Assembly (NCBI GenBank): GCA_951406725.2
Contig: OX597815.1
Coordinates: 174,158,001 to 174,222,000, forward strand
Reading direction: 5' to 3'
Length of the DNA: 64,000 bases
Source: Octopus vulgaris
Lineage: Eukaryota
The position numbers were made by a program, and so were the translations under genes. Under the pieces are notes generated by a model that searched no databases, had not been told where the DNA came from, and saw nothing but the letters and a program-made list of their open reading frames with translations. Shown here piece by piece: positions 40,439 through 55,548 of this stretch; the first letter of the stretch is position 1; each line of letters opens with the position of its first letter.

Positions 40439-40899
40439 TCGCCTGGAAAGGTTTTGGCATTCATAAGCAGCCCTCTTTCCCTTTTTCTGGCAAGGATGTA
40501 GTCAATCTGGCTAGTGTGTCTGCCAGAACGGTAGGTGACTAGGTGAGAGGTGGGTTTCCTGAAGTTGGTATTGCAGACCATAAGGTCATTTGCATCGCAG
40601 AACTCCAGCAGCTGGTTCCCTCCTCATTACGAGAGCCAAAACTGTAGCCTCCATGAACGCCATGGAAGCCCCCGACATGCCGTCCAACATGTCCATTGAA
40701 ATCACCTGCCACGAAGAGAAGGTCACTGTCATTTGTCAACCAGGTAGTCTACAATAGGGTGTCATAGAATTGGTCTTTTTGTCCTTCCGGTAGCCCTGGT
40801 TGAGGGGCATATGCCGAGATGATGGTAGCTGACCTATGGTGAAGCACTAATCTAATCTTGAGTACTCTATCACTTACTCTGACTACCTCGATTACCTTA
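40438..40899 (-). mobile_element. Inverted 5' segment of an RTE LINE (APE endonuclease)
   Basis: IISAYAPQ, FVAGDFNGHVG, NTNFRK..VTYRSG..SQIDYIL motifs. Confidence 0.92.
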
Positions 40900-43533
40900 T
40901 AGAGACATACTACTCGAAGCCTTTGACGAAATAGAAGGGGATATAGCTTCACTTAATGTGGAAAGCAACTGGAAATTTCTACGGGACAATCTGCTGACAG
41001 CCACTGACCAGATCTGTGGATGGAGCAAAGTACCATCTCGACCCAGAGTAACATGGTGGTGGAACACTGTGGTTGACAGGGCTATTAGACAAAAGAGACA
41101 GGCTTGGAAGGACTGGAAGAATGGTGGTAGCAGGGAATTGTATCAGACAGCCAGAAGGGAAGCTAGGAGACAGGTTTATTTAGCCAGAGGGGAAGCGGAT
41201 AAGAAAAAATTTGCCAATGTTCTGAGCCGTGAGGATGAAAGACTTGAGGTATTTCATGTTGCAAGATAGTATGTGAGAGAGAATTGTGATATGGTAGGAG
41301 AGAAGTGTGTTCGCATGGATGATGGTTCACTTGCGCTAAATGAGGATGCAAAGAGAGAGGTTTGGAGATGCCACTATGAAAGGTTGCTGAATAAAGAAAA
41401 TGAATGGGATAAAGAGTCTGCCGAATGTTGACCCAACAGAGGGACCAGCTATCCAAGTTGATAGTTCCATGGTAGCTAAGGCAATTAGAAGCATGAAGAC
41501 AGGGAAAGCCCCAGGCCCATCAAGAATTACTGCAGAGATGCTTAAAATATCTGGCAGTGTCAGCTATAACCTAGTCACCCGTATAATCAACCAGGTGATA
41601 CACGAAGGAGTCATACCCAATGACTGGTGTAGCAGCATACTAGTCAACTGCTACAAAGGTAAAGGTGATGCCCTAGATACAAATAATTACAGAGGTATCA
41701 AGCTGTTGGATCAAGTGATGAAGGTTACGGAGAGGGTCATAGCCCAACTAATTAGAGAGAGAGTTAGTTTAGATGAGATGCAGTTTGGGTTCGTGCCAGG
41801 GAAAAGTACCACTGATGCTATATTCCTGGTAAGGCAGCTGCAGGAGAAATACCTAGCCAAAGATAAGCCCCTGTACCTGGCTTTTGTTGACATGGAGAAA
41901 GCTTCATGAAAGCTTCACAGAAGAATTCAAAGTAGAGGTTGGGGTCCACCAGGGTTCAGTACTCAGCCCCCTCCTGTTTATCATAGTCCTCCAGGCAATT
42001 ACGGAGGAATTCAAGACAGGTTGTCCCTGGGAGCTCCTCTACGCTGACGACCTTGCTCTTATTGCTGAGTCACTATCAGAACTGGAGGAGAAGTTCCAGG
42101 TGTGGAAGGAGGGTTTAGAATCGAGGGGCCTTAGAGTCAACCTAGCTAAAACCAAAGTACTAATAAGTAGGAAGGTAGACAATCCACAAATGTCTTCAGG
42201 TAGATGGCCCTGCTCGATCTGTAGAAAAGGTGTAGGTAGAAACTCTATAAGATGTACCCAGTGTAAGCTATGGACACATAAGAGGTGCAGCAATGTCAAA
42301 GGTAGGCTAACTGGGAAGATAGTTTTTGTATGTGGCAGATGCTCGGGAGCATTAACCTCCGAAAATCTACAGAAAACAACTTCCGTCACTTTCCAGGGGA
42401 AAAAACTAGAAGTAGTTGATAGCTTCCGTTATCTAGGTGACCAAGTCAGTAGTTGGGGTGGGTGCGCTGAAAGTGTAACTGCTAGAATAAGAATAGCCTG
42501 GGCAAAGTTTAGGGAGCTCTTACCTCTGCTGGTGACTAAAGGCCTCTTGCTCAGAGTAAAAGGCAGACTGTATGATGCGTGTGTACGAACAGCCATGCTA
42601 CATGGCAGTGAAACATGGGCCGTGACTGCTGAGGACATGCGTAAGCTCGTGAGGAATGAAGCCAGTATGCTCCGATGGATGTGTAATGTCAGTGTACATA
42701 CTCGACAGAGCGTTAGCACCTTGAGAGAAATGTTGTACCTAAGAAGCATCAGTTGTGGTGTGCAAGAGAGATGAATGCGCTGGTATGGTCATGTGGCGAG
42801 AATGGATGAAGATAGGTGTGTGAGAAAGTGCCAATCCCTAGCAGTTGAGGGAACCCATGGAAGAGGTAGACCCAGGAAAACCTGGGACGAGGTGGTGAAG
42901 CACGACCTTCGAACTTTAGGCCTCACTGAGGAAATGACCAGCGACCGAGACCTTTGGAAATATTCTGTACGTGAGAAGACCAGGCAGGACAAGTGAGCCC
43001 AGCCCACTTATGAATGCCTTTCCTCCCTTGGACACAAAGACCTGTTGAGGCAAGCGAAGTCGATATAGAACCTCATCCGACAGCGAAGTCGATATAGAAC
43101 CTCATCCGACGACAGGCACCCATGCCAACCCCCTTTGCTTGCGAAGACATGTTGGGGCCAGCGAAATCGAAATCGAAATCGAATTGAACCAGCCAGGATC
43201 CCTGGTCTGGTGGTACGTAAAAAGCACTATCCGACTCGTGGCCGATGCCAGCACCGCCTCGACTGGCTTCCGTGCCGGTGGCACATAAAATACACCAATC
43301 CGACCATGGCCGTTGCCAGCCTCGCCTGGCACCTGTGCAGGTGGCACGTAAAAAGCACCCACTACACTCACGGAGTGGTTGGCGTTAGGAAGGGCATCCA
43401 GCTGTAGAAACATTGCCAGATAAGACTGGAGCCTGGTGCAGCCTTCTGGCTTCCCAGATCCTCGGTCGAACCGTCCAACCCATGCTAGCATGGAGAACGG
43501 ACGTTAAACGATGATGATGATGATGATGATGAT
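40900..43533 (+). mobile_element. RTE LINE RT, 3' UTR and (GAT)n tail; inactive
   Basis: NYRGIKLL, QFGFVPGKSTTDAIF, AFVDMEKA, GVHQGSVLSPLLF, LLYADDL, FRYLG; stops, frameshifts and an internal deletion near 41905. Confidence 0.95.
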
Positions 43534-44029
43534 TATTATTATTATTATTATAATTATTATTATTAACACTGATATCTTCACCATTATTACTGCTATGATT
43601 TTAAAGTAATTTAAATGTAAGTCAATTTATCGGTTTGATAACGGTGTTAGTTTCTTCACATTTATCACCAAGTAAAATAAAATCTGAACCACTGTCTACA
43701 ACAGATATTTTTAATTTAGATAAATATGTTTTTAATGAAATGACTCTAACATATCATATTTCTCTCTCCCAAAAAAATGAAAAGTTAATTTTTAAACCAA
43801 AATATATTATAAAATTTATTCTGATACAAGCAAAAAACCAATCTTGGTAATGGTCTCTGTGTTGTCCTATCTCTATTCAAAAAATATCGATTATTTCAGT
43901 TTAACAAGATGAGGGATATCAAAACTGTCTTGTCTAGATGCCATGTGTAACCTGCAAACATGTACCTCTTAAATCCAATATATAAATGCATATTTCTCTA
44001 CACACATATATATATGTATATATATTTAG

Positions 44030-44062
<33 letters not shown>

Positions 44063-44084
44063 GAAGCAGGCATAATTATATTTG

Positions 44085-44565
44085 TGATGTCTCACTGTCT
44101 GGTTAAGAAGCTTGCTTTCCAACCATGTGGTTTTAGGTTCAGTCCCACTGCATGGCACCTTGGATAAGTGTCTTCTACTATAACCCCAGATTAACCAATG
44201 TTTTATGAGAGGATTTGGAAGGCATATTCTGAAAGAAGTCTGTTATATATGCATGTGTGTGTGTGTGTGTGTGTGTGCATGCATGCGTGTGTGTGTGCAT
44301 GTGCGTGCATATGATTGCGTGTACTCTTGTATTAACATCACATAATAATTGTGAATAAACATTGCCATCAAACAGGTAACGTTATTTGTTTTTTTTGTTT
44401 TGTCTTTTTTTTTGTCTTTCGTGATGAAATGTTACCTTGCTTGGAAACAGGCAATGGTTGATGATAGGAAGGGTATCTACCCATAGAAAAATCTGCCTCA
44501 GCAAATTCTATCTCAGCCATGCAAGCATGGAAAAGTGGACCTTAAAGGATTATGATTATGATGAT
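44085..44565 (+). mobile_element. Composite SINE: tRNA-like head, (TG)n, RTE-like tail
   Basis: Head ggttaagaagcttgct..ggttcagtcccactg; tail aggaagggtatc..ccatgcaagcatggaaaagtggac..gatgat. Confidence 0.7.
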
Positions 44566-44572
44566 ATATGTA

Positions 44573-45246
44573 AGAATAAACATAGCAGTATCAGAACCAA
44601 GCTGTGATTAGGAATAAATGAACTTTACATTAGTTAAAATATGTTTGTGACATATTTTAACTTCTAAAGGCAAGCAAATTCACTGCAGTTATTGTGGAGA
44701 AATAATTCTCTCTTATGATGGTAAAAGGAGTAAAAATACCATATCTGTTCAATGCTTCTCTCTTGCAGATTCCCAGAGGTGCATTTCTGGATCTTTAACC
44801 TTCCTCAATGGAACATACTGAAGAGAGATTACCTTGGCCAGATTCAAAGCCATAGCTTTAAATGAAATGCAGTAAACATCAATGGCTGATAAGTACTAGT
44901 GGACCACCTGGTCAGAATAAAAATTGCAGCATCAGAGCCAAGCAGTGATTAGGAATAAACAAACTTTAGATTAATTAAAATATGTTTGTGACATCTTTTA
45001 ACTTCTAAAAGCAAATTCACTGCAGTTATTGTGCACTGCAGTTATCTCTCTTCAGTATTTCCCATTGAGGAAGGCTAAAGAACCAGAAATGTACATCTAA
45101 GAATCCGCTAAACTGAAGCATTGAGCAGATACGGTGTTTTTACATCTTTTACCATAAGAGAGAATTTTTCTCCATGGTAACTGCACTGAATTTGCCTGTA
45201 CAAGTTAAAATCTGTCACAAACATATTTTAACTAACCTAAAGTTCA
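44573..45246. repeat. ~120-bp direct repeat plus ~210-bp inverted repeat
   Basis: 44573-44696 ~ 44914-45033; 45041-45246 is the reverse complement of 44619-44832. Confidence 0.85.
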
Positions 45247-46529
45247 AAAATAAATATATAATCATCATTTTTCATCGACTTTTCATGCTATTGCTTCAGA
45301 TGAGTAGTCATGTTCAGAGTTTTGTGAGATCTGTAGATATACTGCCCTCTTTGTGGGCTGGAAGTCCAGTTGTAAATCATTTACAACTATTGTGCAATGA
45401 CAAGACAAAGAAACACAAACATGCATACACAAGTTCAGGACCATCTTAGAAGCATTATAGGCCCCAGGGCAAATCAATGCACTGGGCCCTATAGTATTTA
45501 TTTATTGACAGCAAACCATAGCACACAGATTACAACAGGATTCCTAAGCCGGTGAAACCCCTGGCAGCTGCTCAGTGTGCTCATGCCTTAAGTTAGCACT
45601 GCACACACATTTACATATATAATAGGCTTCTCTAAGTTTCTATCTATCAAATCCAACCACAAGGCTTTGATCCATTTGGGACTATAACAGAAGAGACAAA
45701 ACTCATACATTTCATTTTTGGCTTGATTTCTACAGTCAGACGCCCTTCCTAACACCAACCACTTTATACAGTATTGAACGCATTTCATCATTGCACAACC
45801 ACAGGAGAAGCTGTCATGTCCTTGACTCTGTGTTTCCTCTGCTTGATCACTTATCACTTTACAGAATATACTGGATACATCCTTTTATGGTATCAACACT
45901 TGTGAGCTTGCTCTGTGCTTCTAAGACTGAATAGCCCTCACTACATTATGTTGTGTTCATTTACTCAAAGCAACTTGACCAAGAAAGCATGTAACAGTGA
46001 ATGATAACAGGAGAAAATGAAAATGAGAAGATGAAGTGAACAGGAGTATAATAGTGGAACAGAATGTCTGGAGTGGAGGAGTGAGGGAGTGAGAGAGGAG
46101 GAGATTGGGAATGTTGGCTGTTAGTACAGAAAGGGCAATGATTTGGTGTATTAAGTACAAGATGGTAGAAGGAAGTATTGATCACAAGTCAGTCCCAGTG
46201 CCATCATTCCTTACACAGGTGATATGGTTGAATGAGAGCAGACTGGCTGAGTGTTAAAGAGATAAGAGGGTCAGACAGGTCCAGTGATATCTCTATACAA
46301 GCAGTATGGTACAGTGAATAGGGGAGACACGCTGGTATCCTTAATAAGCCAGGCAAACCGAAAATACAAGTGGAGTGAATGATAGGGAGCTAAAAGGATA
46401 TCATGAGATGAAGTAGGTACCAGATGTAGATTCAAGAGAGATATTGAGCAAGAGATCTATAAATAGATATTAATATATAATACCTCCCAATGTCCATCAT
46501 TGTTGTCACCACTCTTGTCCTCCTCCTCC

Positions 46530-46712
46530 TCATCATCATCATTGTTTAACGTCCGCTTTCCATGCTAGCACGGGTTGGATGATTTGACTGAGGTCTGTCG
46601 AACCAGATGGCTGCACCAGGCTCCAATCTTGATCTGGCAGAGTTTCTACAGCTGGATGCCCTTCCATATGCCAACCACTCTGAGAGTGTAGTGGGTGCTT
46701 TTACGTGCCACC
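46530..46712 (-). mobile_element. RTE 3' end
   Basis: (cat)n-gtttaacgtccgctttccatgctagca. Confidence 0.85.
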
Positions 46713-48036
46713 TAGCTATAGGACATTTGATTCGAAGAAACTATAAAGTTCTGGATATAAATATTCATAGTATTTTCTCGTTCCTTTACTTTTGCTGGAG
46801 ACAGTTTTGTTCTCCATCCTCCAAATTTTAGTTTAATGAATTAAATCCTCTTCAAAAATTCATGACCTTGTGCTTTTCTTGGAAAATGTTGTTGACATTA
46901 CTGATTTTAGTGAGAAGGACAATGTAAATAGGATTCAACTCTCCAACTAAAAGTACACACTTTTCTATTTTGTGTTTATATGCAAGACTCTTAACCATTT
47001 GCTAAAGTCTCCAGCCTACTCAAGAAAACATTATAAAATTAAATGCTAATCATCACACATAATACTGTTGCATTATTCCATTACTAATCTTGAGGATTTT
47101 CAAGATATTACTTCATGTTTCTTTCTTCCTTTCTTTCTTTCCTTTTTATCAACACATTTTATTACAGAAATGAAATTAATATGTGAAGAAAATTCACGAA
47201 AAGAGTTGGAAAGGAAATAGACAATTATATTAAGTGTTTAGAAAATGTTACTACATCTTCACATGATTAGATGAAAAAATTCCCTTGAATAAATGTGAGC
47301 TATTTCAAATTTTGCGTTATGTCATTAAGTTTTCCCATGAAAATTCAAACATGAAAACATTGTCAAACTCAAGGGATATATTTAAAACAATTTTAATGAG
47401 AATAAAATCTAATTTTGGAAAACCGCAACGAAATATTTTTTACGTACTTTTATAAAATTTTCTGTTTACATTTTTTCATTCTGAGTATTTTTAGATAATC
47501 AATTTTATGTAATCTTATACTAATAATACTCATAATTGGTTACTTGTTCTCACTATCTAATATGTAATTACTCTTCCTCCCTTTCACACTTTTTACTTCT
47601 ACTACTGTTATTGCATTCTCTTGCTGTTTATTATTATTACTAAACTTCCTCCAATACAACCACAACTAATAAATACCCTTCTCAGCCTTCACCTCCTACT
47701 TTACTATGTCTTTATCTCCTCTTCCTTTTCCTCCTCCTATTCCTACAACTACAACTGTTACCTCCTCTCTTTAAAATTTTCAAACTTCACAGTTTCATTA
47801 CCAGAAAATTAAGGCACATATTTTCAACACAGCACATCTGTTACATGTCATTTGACAGGTAATGTCAAGAATTCTTTTGCAACTGTGTGTAACATCAAGT
47901 AATAGGTGCAGGCATGGCTGTCTGATTGAGAAGTTTGCTTACCAATCACATGGTAAGTGTGTTCTACTGTAATTTGGGCCAATCAAAGCCTTGTGAATAG
48001 ATATGGTAGCCAGAAACATCAAGAAACCTATTGTGA

Positions 48037-48073
<37 letters not shown>

Positions 48074-48106
48074 CATATATATATACATACATATATATAT
48101 ATATAG

Positions 48107-49099
<993 letters not shown>

Positions 49100-49203
49100 A
49101 TGGGCTTCTTTCAGTTTCCGTCTACCAAATCCACTCACAAGGCTTTGGTCAGCCTGAGGGTATAGTACAAGACACTTGCCAAAGGTTCTACACAGTGGGA
49201 CTG

Positions 49204-49925
49204 TGATTCAGCAATGAGAGCAAGGTCATCAGTATAGAGGAGCTCCCTTACCTTTCTGACAGCTCTTACTAACCACTCGTCTATCCATAGTTTCTGCATC
49301 ACCCACCAAATAAGGGAGTGGGGGACCCTGTCAAAGGCTTACTCCATGTCAACAAAAGCCAAGTACAGAGGTTTATCTTTGGCTAGGTATCTCTCCTGCA
49401 GTTGCCTTACCAGAAATATAGCATCTGTGGTGCTTCTACCTGGCACAACACTGAACTGCATCTCATCTAGGCTGACTTTCTCCCAAATTAGTTGGGCTAT
49501 GACTCTCTCCGTAACCTTCATTACCTGATCCAGCAGTTCGATACCCCTGTAGTTATTTCTATCTAATGCATCACCTTTACCTTTGTAGCTGTTGACTATG
49601 GTGCTTCTACACCAGTCTTTGGGTATGACTCCTTCATAAACTACTTGATTTACAATACAGGTGACTAAACCATAACCCACAATACCAGATATTTAAAGCA
49701 TCTCAGCAGTGATTCCTGATGGGCTGGGGTCTTTTCCTGACTTCATATCCTTAATTGCTTTATCTACCAGGGTGCTATCAATTCGGGTAGCTGGTCCCTC
49801 CACTGGGTCAACATTTGGTAGGCTCTCCTCCTCCCATTCATTTTCCACATTCAGCAGCCTTTCATAATGGCATCTCCAAGCCTCTTTATTTGCAGAATCA
49901 TTAAAAGCAAATGGCCCATCACCTT
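49204..49925 (-). mobile_element. RTE RT fragment
   Basis: AWRCHYERLLNVENEW; NYRGIELLDQVMKV..LAFVDME. Confidence 0.9.
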
Positions 49926-49954
49926 TAGCTATATAAAGAGTCTGTGGAGTCATA

Positions 49955-50167
49955 AAAATAATAATAACAATAATAATGAAATTATTGTATACAGTGCTCA
50001 GGTGCACCACAAATTGTCAGAAAGTGCATATAAAGTATATGCAGTAATGTACAAATGTCTGGAAAGCGAACAATGTATGAGTCAGATACATGCTTGTGTG
50101 TATATGGGGGGGGGAGGAAATCAGGTGTAGTGTTGGCGAATCTCAGAAAGCATGGAAGTTTTGAAGT
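49955..50167 (-). mobile_element. CR1-type LINE 3' end
   Basis: (aat)n-attgtatacagtgctcaggtgcac..aatcaggtgtagt matches 63590-63700. Confidence 0.75.
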
Positions 50168-50481
50168 TAAAAGAATTAGCTGTCTTTGGCTGCTAGTTCT
50201 AAATTTTCGGTATGTGGTGAAGCAACCTATTGCTAAACCCTTAAATATATTTATAATTATATATAGAAAAACTTTTTGTATAAGTTTTTACCGATAATGG
50301 TTTTTTCCATACCGAAACTACTTGGTAAAATTTATTAATTATTAAATTAATAATTCTTTACCCTATATCTGTAATGATTATATATATATATATATATAAA
50401 TTAGAAAGGGAGAATGAACAAGCAAAAAATGTGGTACCACTTTAGAGCATGTAATTTATGATTCAAGCTTAATTGCAGAGT

Positions 50482-50980
50482 CATCATCATCATCATCATC
50501 ATCATTTAACGTCCGCTTTCCATGCTAGCATGGGTTGGACGGTTCAACTGGGGTCTGGGGAGCCCGAAAGCTGCACCAGGCCAGTCAGATCTGGCAGTGT
50601 TTCTACAGCTGGATGCCCTTCCTAACGCCAACCACTCCGAGAGTGTAGTGGGTGATTTTATGTGCCACCGACACAGGTGCCAGACGAGGCTGGCGAACGG
50701 CCATGCTCGGATGGTGTTTTTATGTGCCACCGACACAGGTGCCAGACGAAGCTGGCGAACGGCCACGCTCGGATGGTGTTTTTATGTGCCACCGACACAG
50801 GTGCCAGACAAGGCTAGCAGACGACCACGCTCGGATGGTGTTTTTATGTGCCACCGACACAGGTGCCAGACGAGGCTGGCGAATGGCCACGCTCGGATGG
50901 TGTTTTTATGTGCCACCGACACAGGTGCCAGACAAGGCTAGCAGACGACCACGCTCGGATGGTGTTTTTTTTATGTGCCA
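50482..50980 (-). mobile_element. RTE 3' end with five 62-bp tandem units
   Basis: atgtgcca recurs at 50660, 50722, 50784, 50846, 50908 and 50973. Confidence 0.9.
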
Positions 50981-51057
50981 GAAAATAGCTGAGCTTGTGG
51001 AGCATATGTCATTGAACAAAGATTTTCATATATGCAAACTGTACTGTCTTCAGAGAA

Positions 51058-51280
51058 AAAGAATTAAGAAATATCCTTGATAAAGGATGTTGGTAGTTAC
51101 CAGTTCATCAAAGAATTAAGAAACATCTTTAGTGAAATATAATAGTGGTTGGCAGTTCCATGATCAAAGAATTAAGGAAATCCCAAGTAAAAGATGATAG
51201 CAGTTTGCAGTTCTCTTGTTGAAGGATCAATGAATAATCCTTAGCAAAACATAATAGTTGTTACTAGTTCCATCTTTGAA
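51058..51280. repeat. Degenerate ~55-bp tandem repeat (about 4 units)
   Basis: aaagaattaag..cagtt(c) recurs. Confidence 0.6.
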
Positions 51281-51645
51281 GAGAAAGTGAGGTAGACTAT
51301 GAATGGAAGGCCTGTGAGGAGTACAGGATGGCATGAAGGAAAGACAGAGTTAGGAATTATTTACAACTCTATTTTTCCTTCATGCTGTGTGTATGAGTTT
51401 GTGTATTTATCTCCTTATCTTGACACCACGTGACCGTTGTACCTGAGTGCCACTGTTATACAAGAGGTGTCACTTGTTTCCAATATGTTGCTAAATCGTG
51501 TCTGACCTTCGAGAAATATTACTTCGTTTGAAAACAAACAAGGGTTAATAACAGGAAGAGCATCCTGCTGCAAAAAAATCTGCCTTAAATGAACTCCATC
51601 TGACCCACGCAAGCATGCAAAAGTGGACATTAAAAGGATAATGAC

Positions 51646-51676
<31 letters not shown>

Positions 51677-52343
51677 TTATCACTATTACTTTTATTATCT
51701 CCAATTATTTCACTCCAATATTTATTATTAAACCTGTGTCATATCCACCATGAACCTCTAATTCGCAATAATTCAAATAATGGAATGAATTTTATATCAT
51801 GCCTAGTTTCCTTGGATTCTTCTATTTTAACCATTCGGTTCCCATTACCCATTTATCTACCAAACTTTGTTCATTTTCATTTTATGACCAGGCCATTTCT
51901 CATGATCAATGAAAATGCTTATATGGTTTATATGAAGCTACTTTTTCTTTTTTTTAATCTTACCTGCACTAAACTTGTCTTTTTACATTGCTTATCAATC
52001 AAATGCTGGTTATTTTCATTTATTTTTATCTAAATGAAAGAAATCCTATGCTGCAAACGCCCTCAGAAATACAACATATATATTGATAATTATATGAAGA
52101 AAGTTTCCTTACCATCTATATATATCCAGAAACTTCCAATATGTTTTCCTTGTGCTGTGCAATGTTCCCACTAAGTGATTGGCTCCACACAAAGTTGTTA
52201 TCTTGGCTACAAGATTTGTCTTTTGCTCCTGGAAAATCACCATGAATAACATGAAGATTTCTTCATGTTATTCAAGTACATCCAGTGTATATGAAAGAGG
52301 ATCTTACTATCCTATTAACCATATATATATGTATGTATGTATG

Positions 52344-52397
<54 letters not shown>

Positions 52398-54394
52398 ACT
52401 TGGATAATATTTGCAGTTTTCACCTCAAGCTTACATTTCCAACAAATAACGCTATGTTTGATGTATACCTTCTTCTTATTCTAACACATAACCGAAAGAA
52501 ATATTTGATCCAATATTAATCTGGAAGTTAATAAGTGAAATCATTCCCAATATATGTGATCCGTTATTTGAATGTGTTTTGTGCAATACACAAATACAGC
52601 TGCCAATATCTGTTCCAATGTACTTAAGTGAATTAACAGATTTGTATTTTGTTTTCTGTTTCACCAATAACTTACCCAGCATATAACATGTTGAATAGAA
52701 CAGAACTATTTATCTGTTTTAATTAATCATAGGAGGAGGATCAGCACCCACGATTTTTGGAAGCCTTCTCAGACCGATAAGATCAATGCTGTTGATGTTT
52801 AGCTTGAACAGTAGATGGACTTGACATGGAAACCAAAAATAACGAGCAAGTTCCAGATAAATGCTATTCCAAAATACCTGGATAAAGTACTTAAGGTAGG
52901 ATTTGAAACACAGGATGAATTATGATAGGAGTGGCAGGTGCATTTGCTAAGCTAAAACAGAGGCAGCATGCATATTGTACATTTGAAAAAAACATAGGGG
53001 AACATAAGGTTACCAGTGTGTCTAGTAGGTATCTAGATTGTGTATGTGTGAATGATAGTTTTGTAGGGGAGGTGTAAAGGGTGATATTTTCTACGTAAGA
53101 ATGTGTGGAAAGAAGTAATGACACATAGCTTATTAATGTACCAAAGAAGGACCGTGGAGAGACACACAGTCGCCTTAAGATACAAGAAAATTACTTGAAC
53201 TGAGAGATCCCTCTTTGTAAAGAAGTCCTCTAGTAGAAAACTTCTTTTTTAAAAGATGATAAGCAGATGAAGCCATTAAGCAGACAACTCCCCAGACAAA
53301 TTTTGCTGATGCTAACAGCAGCAATTATTGCTTTAATCAAAATTCACAATGATTAAAGATACCACTGGTGTGTGGTATATGATCTGGCTTTATGGAAATT
53401 GTATTGAATTAGAAGAGACACACAAAGTTTAGAATGAGATGATCGTTTATGATCATCTCCATCCCTTTTAAGATGTTAAAAGTAAGTACAAGAAAACAGT
53501 ACTTGGCAAGGTCAAGTTTCCTTTTTTAAGGGTAGGAGATTTTGGTGGAGATAGGAGCTAGCTTCAGAGTACATTCTTTCAATTCTTTGTTAAAGACATT
53601 TTGCTTTTCTTACATAATTCAAAATCCCAAACATTCTCTTCTGTACATGCCCCACTCCCAAAATCTCTAATTACTTTATGATTCAATAAATAGTTATCAT
53701 TTTTCTCATTCATATTGTAAATATTGATGTCTGCAATTTAATGCCATTGTAGTCATACCATATCCTAAATGCAAATTATATGGTAGTATAATAAAATAAC
53801 ATTTTAACATCACATATATCTATGTTAGAAGAAATAATTCAAGTATCTAACACAATTTATACTGGATCATATAACTTTATTACTACAAAAACCTAGCAAT
53901 TGATTCATTTAGATATAAGATTACCAACTTACAAACACAAGTTTACAAATTCTTATAATTCAAACATCCACTTGCACTGTGTGCATATGAAAGTGCTTCC
54001 TGTCTTAATAAAATGTGTATATTTACTATTTCAATGCGTGTTTTCAAATCTTTACAAAATATACAGAATGCTGTATAATTTAATAAATCGGTAAGTTTGA
54101 TATGATATATAATATATAAAGCAAATGCATTATTTGTAAGCAAGAAAAGTTTGTTGATACAGTCACGATATTTGAAAAAATATTTTCGTAAACCAAACAT
54201 TATTAATCACATTGAAAAATCTTTAAAAACAGGCAAATAAACTTTGGCCTGATGGAAGGAAGGGTTTTTTTTTTGTAAGTGCTTTTGTTATTTTCTGTTA
54301 CTCAAACACACATTATATAAAGTAATTCACATAGAAGTAATTGCTTGTATATAAATACACACATGCACACTTGTCATCATCATCATCATTTTCC

Positions 54395-54452
<58 letters not shown>

Positions 54453-54699
54453 TTTATATCAATTTTTTCTATGCTGGTATGGGTTGGATGGGTCATCACA
54501 GATTGAGTTGGCTCCCAATTAGAATAACTACCCTGTTAGGAACATTTATTTATGTAATGACAGATTTATATAAAATCTTCGAAACATGGAGGGTTTCTAA
54601 GGCAAAGGTAACTAATTTGCATCTTTCAAACTCATTCTATTAGTGGTGTGGTGAATATTTGTAAAACATTTCAAGTTGAGTTCCATTTGAGTTTCCAGC

Positions 54700-54976
54700 A
54701 ATCATTCGAGCAAGGTTGTCGCCTGTGCCGCTGGACTGGCTCCTGTGCAGATGGCACGTAAAAAGCACCATTTGGGCATGGCCATTGCCAGTACCACCAA
54801 ACTGGCCCTCGTGTCGGTGGCATGTAAAAGCACCCACTACACTCTCGGAGTGGTTGGCATTAGGAAGGGCATCCAGCTGTAGAAACCCTGCCAGATCAGA
54901 TTGGAGTCTGGTTCGCCTGACCTCAGTCAAACCCATGCTAGCATGGAAAGCGGACGTTAAATGATGATGATGATGA
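54700..54976 (+). mobile_element. RTE 3' end
   Basis: Ends ccatgctagcatggaaagcggacgttaaatgatgat. Confidence 0.85.
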
Positions 54977-55448
54977 ACATAGATATACATACAATCACAA
55001 AAAGTTGCTATATACTTTTGTATGTTGTGATGTATACAACTATTGCAGGAATGGAGGTTCATCCACACATACTAACATATCTGCACACGTTAATTTATAC
55101 TAATCTGTTTGCAGATATATGGAACAACCTTGATTCAAGCAAAGAAGCCATGTTATTTTGTTATGACTGGCTTGAATTCTGCAAAGAATCAAAGAAAAAC
55201 ACTCTAATCCACCCATACACACACACATACATCATATACATACATATGCACACACACAAATGAAATGAAAATGTGCAAGAAAATAATTCAGAAAGACTAG
55301 TGCCATGACTTTAAACATAGATAAGTCTTTGATTAATTGAAACTATCTTTATTTTGGGAGAAGATAAACAAACTCCTAGTGACAGTTGCAACCAATTCCA
55401 AATAAGAAGGGTAGATAATCTCAATGAATCAGTATATGTATATATTTA

Positions 55449-55485
55449 TAGACAGACAGACAGACAGACAGACAGATAGATAGAC

Positions 55486-55548
<63 letters not shown>

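Noticed and set aside
46900-46952. ggattcaactctccaact resembling miR-1175
   Set aside because: Seed mismatch and no proper precursor hairpin.
50657-50980. Regular repeats as a CRISPR array
   Set aside because: Contiguous units without unique spacers, inside a eukaryotic LINE UTR.
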